64,000 nucleotides of DNA, from the NCBI GenBank assembly GCA_964187785.1, contig OZ076409.1, forward strand, positions 78,308,001 to 78,372,000. Direction: 5' to 3'. Each line of letters opens with the position of its first letter. The stretch's first letter is position 1. A program made the position numbers and the translations under genes. This document shows, piece after piece, positions 12,034-23,200 of this stretch. Source of the DNA: Amphiscolops sp. MND2022. Taxonomy: Eukaryota. The notes beneath the pieces were generated by a model. That model had not been told where the DNA came from, searched no databases, and saw only the letters and a list, made by a program, of their open reading frames with translations.

Positions 12034-12682
12034 CATTCTTCTTTTCCAGAATTTCTTTTCTGTGCACTTTCTCTTACAGTAATTCTCTCATTTGGCAAGA
12101 AATCAAACCTTTTCTATTAAACATCCTTCCTATATTTCCCAACACTTTTCTCCTATTTTGTTTAATGATTCGTTTTCTTCTCCAAGCATCTTATCTTATA
12201 CTTTCAAAACTTTCCTCAACTCTTTTACAATCTTTAACAATCACTCTTTTCACTTCCTCAATCTTATCTTCTTTGACTTTAATACCTAATTATATATCTA
12301 TATAATTTCATTTCCTTCCTCCTCATTTACATATATTACTTCATTTTCCTTTCATTTTGACACTTCTTCCTATTAACTTCTTTACATTTAAATACTCTCA
12401 CTTGACATTTTTAATCGTTCTTCTTTTAAAAATTCTGACAACAGGCTCTTCATCTTTTAATTCTATTATTTTTAAAGTAATTTCCTTTTCTCATTTTTTT
12501 CTTCTCATTTACTCTTTCGAAATCTCTCAACTTCACTACTACTACAAAATTTTCCTTCCTAATTTTCAACTCATCTTCTGAAATCAATAAATTTCATCAC
12601 AACATTTTCTTTCTCTATATTAAACTGCTCTCTAGTATTTACAATAAGTACAAAATAATTCTACAATAATTTTGTTTTAGTC

Positions 12683-13459
12683 ATGTCAGATTATCCTTCT
12701 TCTTCTCTGGCATACCCTCTCCTTAACCAACTCCTTGACTCTCTTCTGCCATTTCCTGTCTCTTCTACTTCTTCGACATTCACACTCTCGACCATGGATA
12801 CTTCTTTGTCTGTAGCATCATCATCAGATACTTCTTTGTCGGTGGCATCATCATCATCATCATCATCTGTTTCTTCAACTCCTACTATTCAACCGCCACT
12901 CAGCTCTCTTGTGACCACAACTACTCTTCAACCGCCACTCAGCTCTCTTGCGACAACAACTCCTTCTCTCCAAATTCCCGTGACTTCTTCTCTTCCACAT
13001 CCAACTTTGTTGCCAATCTCCACTATTCCCCTGCACCTTCACGATGCAGTCGCAACTTCTCCCAATCTTCAACAATTTTCAGCTGTTCGACAATTGACGC
13101 ACGATCTTCAAATCAAAAAACCACGGCACCCCAAACGTCCACAGCTCTCAAATGGAAACGGTCCACCTGTCCGTCGACTGGTCCACACATGGGTCTACAA
13201 ACAGAAACTTTCACAATATATCGACGCACTCAAAATGTACGAAAAACATTTAGATGAACTCATTTATCAAACTACGCTCCAATTAGATATTATTAATAAT
13301 AAACTCCCCCCTTCAAAATTACGTACATTTAAATCGCCTCCATTCACAAATAGACCTTTATCCCCATTGACTATTCAAATCCCCCCTCATAATTGCTCTC
13401 ACTATAACAATTACATTCAATGCACTACCCCCCATTGTTCCCATGTTCCAGTAAAATAA
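12683..13459 (+). CDS. Orphan accessory ORF Z (258 aa): Ser/Thr/Pro repeats, basic and helical segment, His/Cys-rich C-terminus
   Basis: ATG-initiated ORF with internal tandem repeats (DTSLSVASSS x2, QPPLSSL x2), KKPRHPKRP, and HNCSHYNNYIQCTTPHCSH. Confidence 0.6.
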   Translation: MSDYPSSSLAYPLLNQLLDSLLPFPVSSTSSTFTLSTMDTSLSVASSSDTSLSVASSSSSSSVSSTPTIQPPLSSLVTTTTLQPPLSSLATTTPSLQIPVTSSLPHPTLLPISTIPLHLHDAVATSPNLQQFSAVRQLTHDLQIKKPRHPKRPQLSNGNGPPVRRLVHTWVYKQKLSQYIDALKMYEKHLDELIYQTTLQLDIINNKLPPSKLRTFKSPPFTNRPLSPLTIQIPPHNCSHYNNYIQCTTPHCSHVPVK

Positions 13460-14914
13460 ACATGTCATTCTCCTTTACCCCCCCCCCTCTCTCTTTCCCC
13501 CGCATTAATTCCCATTCGTATTGAACCCGTAACACCACCCTCTCAATCCCCCACTCCTTTAAATGATTTAGATAATTTAGTAACTTCCTTAAACGATGTC
13601 GATTGAACTTTGCCCTATGTTTTTTTTTTAATTCATTTGTACATTTTGTTCAAAATCATCTATGCTTCTTGGTGTTTTCATACATTTCACCCCGCCCCCT
13701 ACCTACATTGATTGTCACCCCCCCACCCTTTTATTTTCAACATTTCACCTTCTTTTTTAATGATGATTTAAAATTTTTCTTTAGTGTTAAACAAAATTTT
13801 TCATAAATTTCTCTTATAACTTCGGTTCTACTGGACATAATTTTCTAAATTACATATTCCCATGCCCCTTCCGACCCAATCTCTTCCAAATTGTGGAGCT
13901 ATCTTTTTCTATTCAATTTTATTCCACTTCAATAAACATTTTTTTCAACTCAATTCCAATTTTTAACCTTTCTCCCAAAAACATTTTTAACTTTACTCCT
14001 CTATAACTTCAATTCTAAAAAATCTCCTCGTTTTTCCTTACTCTTCCCAATTCACAAATTCAAACACACTCACCTCACTGACAAACTCTTCATCCTTTGC
14101 CAATTCTGCAACTGAATTCGTTCGCTCAAAAATTTTGAAAAATGTGTGAAATGACCTGCCACATGATCTAAATTTGAACAAATGTTGACTCACATAGATT
14201 TGTTTTCGCCGCCAACTTTGATCTAATCACGCCGCCTTGTTTTGAAGTTCTACAATTTCATTTTCGTTGCTCACAAGCCAAGACTCAAAAAAGATCAACG
14301 CTTAGTTAACAAACAACTAAGAATCTTTTGTCTTCCATGTTGAACTTCTCTGTCAATCAGGCTGCCAAAATCTTGCCAAAAATTTTTCTGTCACACTCCT
14401 GCCTGCCACTCAAATCTTTTGCCGCTTCGGAAGAAAACTAAACATTAAGAAAATTGTGAATGAATTCAATACCAAAATAAATCTTATGTGAAATTTCATA
14501 CCCATCACCAACATGAACGTAAAAGCAACTCTAAACAAATTCTTATTTTAAAAACTCCAAATAAATTCTATAACTTATTGATCAAAATTACCTAATATCT
14601 GGAAAATTTTTGCTTCCCAATTTTGCACGCAACTCACGTAAGGAAAGATACAACAAGAAGACAACTTTCAAGACAATTTCCAAGACAACTTTCTCTTGAG
14701 ATATAAAAATTTTTTTTCCATAAAAATTTATATTAGCAAATACCAAATTTCCTTTTTAACCAAATACCATATTTCATCTTTAGATTTTCTCGTATTATCC
14801 CTTAAACCAATCTCCGACAATTTTAACAACACCCCAACTTTTGAATATACACTAATCAATCTTAAATTTAACACCACAGTTTACTTCCATTTTTATTTTC
14901 AAAACCCGGTCGGA

Positions 14915-15526
14915 TGATATACCATGATTGATGCTATACTATAAATTATATTTATCCCCCCGCCCCGTGTATGTCTAGACTGTAAAACTACAATTGTACT
15001 CCATTTATATTCTAGATGTAAAATGATTGATGTAACCACTTTATATTCAATACCATAGATCGATGTAACTAATTTATATTCAATACTATAAACCTTCATT
15101 TAGAACACAACTTGAATTGACTCTTCACCGATTAGTTGTCTTCACTCTAAGACCTAATAACTGCAGCTCTATTAGTGTCTCTTAAAGTACTAATCGTAAC
15201 ATCAATAAAAAGATTCAATTCCTCGTATAACTAAAATACCAACTACAACCAAGTACTTTAACAGATACGTAAGGAGTGCTCAACAACATTGGTTGTTGTA
15301 TGGCTCGCTCGCTTCGATCCCTTCGCCAAGTAGCAACATTGAGGCATGGATTTCGGCTGTTTGGGAATTCCTCATCTGGCAGTGGATCGAAGTGAAGCAT
15401 TGGAAATAAAATGCTCAACAGAATAAAGCATTTTCCCACTGTGTATTCTAAGATAAAGGGTAAGGAAACAAAGTTACTACTATAATATCTTCTTTCGCGA
15501 GTATTGCATCAAAGCAAACTATATCA
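14915..15526 (+). repeat. Candidate 3' LTR of the large Gypsy element
   Basis: TGATATA at 14915 and TATATCA ending 15526 (7-bp inverted termini); ~25-bp direct repeats near 15029 and 15062; TATAAA ~15087; AATAAA 15204. An alternative end is ...TTAACA at 15262. Confidence 0.5.
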
Positions 15527-16262
15527 CAAATACATACGTAATGAGTCTCTATCTCAAAGTTTACTGTTCAGACAGTACAGCAGGTACTGTCTGCGCCGAT
15601 GCTCAGTAGAGGTCGATGACGGATGAACTGTATGACAACCTCACTTTTTAAAACGTTGAGGATGTCAACCTTTTTGTTTATGAAAGACAGGATATCAGCG
15701 CATTTTAAAACCTCTGGAATTGGTAGTCACCTGAAAATGAAAATGTTTTGAGAAACAACGTCCCGTAACGCGAATACTATCATTTTAAGCTGGAGACTTT
15801 TGAAGATTTCAAATAATTTCAATCCTCAACTTGATGGACTTTTAAAATACATTTCGTTAGTAAACATAAACTCCATTTTTAATCCTGTAGGACTGCATTT
15901 TGTTAACTCTTGTTCTAACAACTTTTAGTATGATTTTCTAAAACTTTCTGCAATTTTCAGATTTCCCTTGTATTCAATTTTTATTAAGCTGCTTGAAAAT
16001 TTCGGCGAGCAGGAATAGCGTTTAAATGCAAAACGGGAATAACGTCTAGAGCCAACTATTCTAGCTATCTTTATACATTGAAATTAAACGCTAATCCTTA
16101 GACGTTATTTTTGTCTTCAGAAAATTTCATCCAAAACTTGGCGGCAATTTCAAGTTTTGCAAGGTTCATTGTGAATCGGTCCCAGCTCACTTGGCTGGTA
16201 TTTGGGGTAAGATCATTTGGGTGGTTTTTTCCTACCCTAAATGAGCCGTCCTTCTAAACTTT

Positions 16263-16744
16263 AACAAGCCGTGATCGTCTCAAGTCGGCTTCATATCTAA
16301 GGTTCAAAAATATTCGAGGAACAACAATTGGAAACATTTGGAATTTTTTTCAAAAAAAAGTATTTGGTGAAAAAAGTCGCATATTGCCGAAAAACCCAAA
16401 AAGAGACCCTTTAGGCTCAATAAACGTTTTTTACAAACAGAAAACTTCAAAAAAGTCAGTGGGTATCCTTTGATAAATTTCAAAACGTTTCGGAATAATG
16501 TCGCATAGTGCCAAAAAAAACCGCAAAAGCTGGACCCCTTGGTCTCCAGTATACTTTTGAAGCATTAAAAAATTGTGATTTAGTGCGAGAATCGAACCCA
16601 CTTTGCTTCTGTTCGACCTCCCTTAGCAAGATGGGAACATAAGCGGCCCCAAGGGCCGCGGGGCACTAGACGGAATGGGGACATTCCCAGGGGCGCTTGA
16701 TATGTAAGAGTCGTGCATTTTCTTCGAAAACACCGACTGAAAAA
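16263..16744 (-). mobile_element. Non-autonomous Helentron/HINE-like element inserted into another repeat
   Basis: Termini AACAAGCCG...AAGTCGGC...TATCTAAGG and ...TTCGAAAACACCGACTGAAAA match the family ends at 62641 and 63666; empty site at 37667-37706. Confidence 0.65.
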
Positions 16745-17920
16745 GATGTCTGAGAACAATTTTATTAGAATAACGGAGAAAATAACGGAAAGCAGAAAGT
16801 TGTATTTCTGATTTCAGATTTCAAAATGGCGGTCTCTAATCCGCGAAATATCATAATGTGGGGCGTATGCGGTGTATGTATGTCTTCGTTCCCGCTAGGT
16901 CTTTGCTTCTGTTCGACCTCGCTTAGCAAGATGGGAACATGAGCGGCCCCAAGGGCCGCGGGGCACTAGACGGAATGGGGACATTCCGAGGGGCGCTTGA
17001 TATGACATGTTTAATTTTCGATCCGAGTGGGGCATAATCATTTGGGTAGGAAAAAACTACCCAAATGATTCAAACCCAAATGATTATGCTTTATTGTGAA
17101 TGTTTTATTTTCAAATGCAGCTAAGACGTAATAAATTCTACTGCCACTTATGCAGATTTAAGTTCAGTCACAATAATGGAAAACGAATTTACGCATTTCA
17201 AATAGAGTTCCAATGGTAGAGGGGATCAGTAATGACATCTAACGAATAAAGGTCTAAATGCAAAAAAACGGGAATGACAACTAAAACCCAGTCATGCTCA
17301 TTCCTCATCTTTATACATTAACATTATTCTTGGACCATGTTTCTTGTTTCTTTTACCCTCGGGGGGGTGCGGGGGTGGTTTAAGCAACAAGATATCATTG
17401 TCGACATCATTTGCGTTGAAATTTTGGTCCAATAAAAATAATTGGGACCGTATTTCTTATCCCCCAAGTACACCTTGTTTTGAATCTCTAATCAGCACGA
17501 AAGCACATTTTATTTTTGGAGAAAAATATTTCACTGATAAAAGAATTTTATATGAATGTAAATACTTAGAGGATTGTCCACTCAACAAAGTAGATAACTG
17601 TTTTGACACTTCCAGCAAAAAATATCATATTTTTTCGATATTATTGTCAAAAATAGCAAAAAATAACGTTTGGAACAATCTAAAAAGGTTCTTTTGCATG
17701 CAAATTTTCTCCACAATAAAAAATTAGCAATTTTTAACTGAATTTATGTAAAAAATAGGATCATGTCGACATCAATTATTTCATTGGACCAAAATTTCAA
17801 CGAAAACGTTGTCGACATATTGGTATTTGAATCTTGTTTTTCATTCCCCGCTCCCCGCAGCCGCTTGGGGTCTTGAGGGATAAGAAACATGGTCCAATAT
17901 TTGATGTAGACATAATAATA

Positions 17921-18375
17921 CAGTACTGTGATCAAGGAAACGTCCCCCGGGCGATTTTAGGCTCGATTTTCTCGAGATTGGTTGAAAATTTTGAAAAACT
18001 TCAGAAATAGAAGTTTCTCAGAATTTCATTTAGTTTACATTAGTATGTTTTTTAAGTTTCTGAGACAAAAATTGAGAGTTACGAATAGCTGATTTTGAGC
18101 AAATTCGGGACTTTTTGCAGTTTTTCCAATTTTCGACCGCTTTATTCAGTTTTTTTGGCCAGTTTTATGCTCAATTATCTCTCACAAAGCTGCTGAGAAT
18201 CAATGGATGTATTTTGATTTCAAAAATGATCAACCGTTTTAGAGTTATCAGGCTCAAAAGGTAACATTTCCTCAATTTCAATCCGTGCGCCAATCAAAAT
18301 TGAAAGTAAGAGCAGATATACAACTTTGATTGGCTGAAAACGTCATAGGTGGACGATTTCTTAATCACAGTACTG
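17921..18375. mobile_element. Tc1/mariner-type MITE with TA target duplication
   Basis: TA|CAGTACTGTGATCAAGGAAACGTCC ... GGACGATTTCTTAATCACAGTACTG|TA; truncated second copy at ~38184-38590. Confidence 0.8.
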
Positions 18376-18379
18376 TATT

Positions 18380-19428
18380 TGGACCATGTCATCTATCCCC
18401 CCCCAAACTGCGGCGGGGGGGATAAGACAGAAGGTTCAAATCCCATTATGTCGACATCGCTTGCGTTGAAATTTTGGTCCAATAAAATAATTGATGTTGA
18501 CACAATCCTATCAATTACATTGACTGTCAGTTGAAAGTTGCTCATTAGATTTTACAGCGGACAAAACTTGCGCTAAATAGGGCCTTTTTATACGATTTTA
18601 GTTTGTTCCAAGCGTGAATTTCTGTTCTTTCGGACAATAATATCAAAAATTAGCGTCATGTTTTTGCCTGAAGTATCCAAACATTTGTAGAGACAATCCT
18701 CTAAGTATTTACATTCATATAATATTCTCTTATTAGCGAAATATTTTTATTCAAGAACAAAATGTGCTTTCGTGTTGGGGGGGGGTATTCCCAACAAGGT
18801 GTATCTGGGGGGGGGGGAATAAATGACATGGTCCCTGTATTTTTTACATTGATGAACGATTAAAAGTGGCTCATTAATGAGCCGCTCATTTAATTTTATG
18901 GAGAAAATTTGCGTTGAAATAGGGACAATGTTGGACATTATATCAAAAATAACGGTCATTGGACCTGTCATCTATTCCCCCAGGTACACCTTGTTGTGAA
19001 CCCCCCAACACGAAAGCACATTTTGTTCTTGAATAAAAAAATATTTCACTAATAAGATAATATTATATGAATGTAAATACTTAGAGGATTGTCTCTCCAT
19101 TGTTTGGACACTTCAGGCAAAAACATGACGCTAATTTTTGATATTATTGTCCAAAAGAACAGCAATTCACGCTGGGAACAAACTAAAATCGTATAAAAAG
19201 GCCCCTATTTCAATGCAAATTTTCTCCGTGATAAAATTTATTGAGTAACTTTTAGCTGACAGTCAATGGATTGGATAGGATTAATGTCAATTTGATATAA
19301 TTATGTCGACATCAATTACTTCATTGGACCGAAATTCCAACGCAAACGATGTCGACATAATGGTATTTGAACCCTCTGTCTTATTTTCCCCCGCCACAGT
19401 TTGGTGGGTGGAATAGACGACATGGTCC
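18380..19428. repeat. Foldback / long inverted repeat with ~450-bp arms (18380-18832 and 18960-19428); related arm copy at ~17445-17895
   Basis: Reverse-complement matching blocks, e.g. TTCAAGAACAAAATGTGCTTTCGTGTTGGGG vs CCCCAACACGAAAGCACATTTTGTTCTTGAA. Confidence 0.8.
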
Positions 19429-19919
19429 GGGTCATTTTTGTTGGAAGTGTCAAAACGGCGACAGAGACAATCTTCAACCATATAAAACTCTTATCAGTGG
19501 TTTCTTTTTCTTCAACAATAAAATGTGTTTACGTGTTTTGAATGGGTTGGGGAGCAAGAATAACGTCCAAGGAATAACGTCTAAGGAATAACGTCCAAAG
19601 CCAAGTCATGCTCAATCATTCTTAATACATAGGATTTTAGCCGTTATTCCTTTAGACGTTATTCCCGAAACACTTTTAGACGTTATTCCTTATTAGCGAA
19701 TCCTTAGAGGTTATTCGCGTCCCTAGAATGGGATAGTACGAAATAAGGTTTACCTGGAGAGGAATAAAAAACATGATCCTTATTTCATTGAGATTTTATT
19801 CACGGAACACTTTGTTGCCCCTTGAACTGTGTTCGCGCTCTTAAGTTACAATCAATCATTAGAAGACTCCTTGCAACAGTGTTTGACATTAAAGGAGAGT
19901 CGCCAACGCAATCACGCTG

Positions 19920-19958
19920 TATATGACGTCATATAGAACATCTCAATTTTCATTGGCT
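19920..19958. promoter_or_regulatory. Candidate promoter of the zinc-finger gene: CRE (TGACGTCA) within a 16-bp palindrome, plus an inverted CCAAT box
   Basis: TATATGACGTCATATA at 19920-19935 and ATTGG at ~19952, about 300 bp upstream of ATG 20232. Confidence 0.4.
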
Positions 19959-20231
19959 ATCGTTCGCATGGCTACTGCATTGAAATCAAGTTTGAACTTT
20001 GCGCCAAAAATAGTCATGTCAAACAAGAAAATTACTCCTAATTTCGACCAAAACTAAAATTAAAAAACACAATCCTAGTTATATTTTTGTCACATAATGA
20101 AATCTAATATTTACAGCAGAAATTGTTGAAAACCTGAGCGGAATCGTTGATAACAAAAGTAGCAGTCCATGTTCTCTGTTTCGAACAATCATTCGAATAT
20201 TTGCTCGTCAAATCTCCCGTAGAAAGAAAAC

Positions 20232-23200
20232 ATGGCTCTAGTCAACGATCGTAAGTTAGCATTTTATAATTTCGAGCATTTTCGAAAATTCTTGGTTTAC
20301 CCCAGATCTTTTCTTGGAGAAAATATATATTTGCAATGTATTGTCGTACGTTAACTTTTTCAAACGTTTTCACAATGGATGTTTCCGAATATAATTGGAT
20401 ATTATTGGTGTTGCAGTGATATCACAAGCACTGATGTTTTAGATGGTGCACATAATATTTCAAAGAATGGCGGGTCTGGAGTGAGGCTGTCAGAGCCATT
20501 TCAGTAAGTTTTATTCTGTTTTCGAAATCCAACCAATGTTTGCATAGATGGAAGCAACACTTTAGATGCTATTCCAGTTTCTCACGTAGCATGTACCATG
20601 TAATCTTCCTCAGTAGGCGAGCGGGAATAACGTCTGAAGTCAAGTCATGCCCAGATATGCTCCTTTCCAATCTTGATACCTCGAACTTTTAATGTTATTT
20701 CTTGACATGTTATTCGCGCCTCTACGTTCAGTAGTGTGGCCCCGCAAACATGTTCCCGAGATTGCTCGGGACCACACTGCTTATGGAGGTTACTGACTGA
20801 TCACATTACTTTAATCGCCATAATCAAGCATTTCAGCAATCATGAGAAATTTTGGGTATCCTTGAGTTGTATGACTTTTCCGGAACCTCCCTGAAGTAAT
20901 AAAGAGCTAAGATAACTTTTAGTTCAATTTTCAGGAGGGCTCGTCACTTGAGAATATACTCTTCCGGGTCCACTATTTAAGGATGTGTTGAAACATATTT
21001 GAGCGGGTCCTAACTACTTAAGAATTGCCAAATCTGGTTTGCGCGTCAGCTTGAGTATTGAAAATTATTCACATTCATTAGTTGAGGAATTACGCGTAAG
21101 CCAATGATGAGAAGTAATCCATCACAAAAAATTATTGACCTCAAAAATGTCATGCGATTTTTCTTCAGGGTCAAAGCAAATGCTACAGATTTACGACATA
21201 AAGTAAATGCCAAAGCTAAAGGGGTGATAACTTCATCAACGAGGCAGAACAGAGACGATGAAAACTTTGCATTGATCAGGAAAAGACACAGTTATACTGA
21301 GGTGAACGGGCAATTTAGATGCAATGGATGCAATCGGTTGTTCAAAAGAGAAGGACAACTTGATCGCCATAAATGCTTCAAAGAAGATTTTTCTCCTGAT
21401 ACTGCTGAAGTTAAAGATGCGAAACGGAAACGCCCAGATTTACCTCGCGCAACAGCGCCACCAAAGAATGCCCCATTCATTCAAAAAGCGAAGTCAGAGG
21501 TTCCTTACAAAAAGGTTGGGAATACAAAACTTGAGAATCTGGAAGAAGGGCCGTTTTTCTATCGCGTGAAGAAAAACATTCAGCTCTGTAATCCAGATGT
21601 GGAAAATGGATCCAAAAAAGTTGAAGTACAAGTTAGTGTAGAAGGAGACACAGAGGAGGTTATCCGGGAAATGTATCAATGTCTAAATTGCGAGGCAATT
21701 CTTCCTAATTTGGAAGATATTTCAAGACATTTGAAGGGCCATATGCCTACCTATCAGTTTTGCTGCAAATTTTGTCCTGATAGATGGCGATTTACTCATG
21801 ATACCTTGTCTGGAGTTTTGAAGCATGTTCGTTCTACTCATTCTAGTCAGTACGATTCGTTGACATGCGTACGTTGTGGATTTGAGGCTAGTTCGGCTAC
21901 TGATCTGGAGAAGCATATGGATTTAAAGCATTATCCAGGCACAACTTACAGCTGTTCAAGTTGTGGCGATAATTTCGGTTTATCTATTTTGTCTTTGGTG
22001 AATCATGTTCGAGCAAAGCATGCTACCGAGGATCCGTTGCTACTGGAAACTGTTGTCATCGAGGCTAAAACATTATATCAGTCGGAAGATATTTATGAAT
22101 GTAATATCTGTTCCAAAATTTTCTTCTTGAAAACTCACATCGAAGCTCACAAAGAAGCCCATGCATCTGGGAGTTTGGACATCAATGACGATGATTGCGT
22201 CGGCCTTTTCAGATGTTGTCACTGTAGCTATCAAGCTAATCACGTTGAGGAATTAAGACTGCATTTCAATTTGGCTCACCAGCATCTGATGTGCAAGATT
22301 TGTGGCGCTATTATCATATCTGGGCCAACTTTCACGGAGACTCTATTAAATCATGTTTTAGTTTCTCATGAAACTAAAAACGACTTCGACGCCCTTTCCT
22401 ATTTCGAACAGTTATTCAAAGAAGCTAAAAATCTATTTTCAGTCAAATCGTCCCTGAAATGCAAAATTTGTCCGAAAATGTTTTTCACCCGCAAGTCGTT
22501 TTCCGAACACATGCGAACTCACGAAGGTGGTAACGTTGTGAACTTCATCTGTGAAGTTTGTGGCTTCACTTGTCCTACAAGACAGAAGTTGAGGAGACAC
22601 GTGAGAAGTCATAAATTTTTGTATTACTGCCCTGATAGCAAACTATTTTTCACTAGCAACCAAACTTTACAAGAACATTTGATAAACTGCTATTCAGATA
22701 ACGAAGAATTACCATGTCATGAGTATAAACGCAGTCTTGTAGTGAGTTTGTTTTTACCGGAGCCAGGATTTCCTGCCCACATTCCACAGAATTTCGTAAA
22801 CAATGATATTATTATTGATTTCTACAAAGGAAAAACGACCAATCTATGTGGTGAAAAATTTGAGTTCCCGAAGTACGCGCAAACGTCTTTGAACAAAGCT
22901 CAAAGTAAAAACAACGAAGGAACCGAGGAGACTAATCATGAATTAGATGAAGGATATAATTCTCCGATGGAAGTTATCGAGACTGAGAAAAATGAAGCTG
23001 AAAAGTGTGATCATAATTCTCAAGAAAATAATATGGAAAATGCAGAAACTTCTGTTACAGAACAAGGGGCTTCCGAAGCAGTTGGTGAGGGAACAACAAT
23101 TTTATTGGTCACTGGCGAAGAAGGATCAGAAGAACAAATCGCCATAGAGTTGCCTCCTGGAACAGACGGTGCTCAAACTTTGCGGGAATTGGGATTGAAC

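Larger units (their letters stand above)
1..15526 (+). mobile_element. Large env-bearing Ty3/Gypsy LTR retroelement (endogenous retrovirus-like); 5' part lies outside the window
   Basis: Domain order PR-RT-RH-IN, an env-like ORF, extra co-oriented ORFs, uniform G-poor sense-strand composition from 1 to ~14900, and a candidate TG...CA LTR. Confidence 0.9.

Noticed and set aside
16601..16705. Hammerhead or HDV-like ribozyme
   Set aside because: No CUGANGA/GAAA core on either strand, and no HDV pseudoknot could be built by eye
21104..21168. ATG start of the 818-aa track ORF
   Set aside because: A good acceptor (TTTTCTTCAG at 21168) is phase-compatible with upstream exons, so this stretch is probably intron; likewise the ORF's end beyond donor 23544
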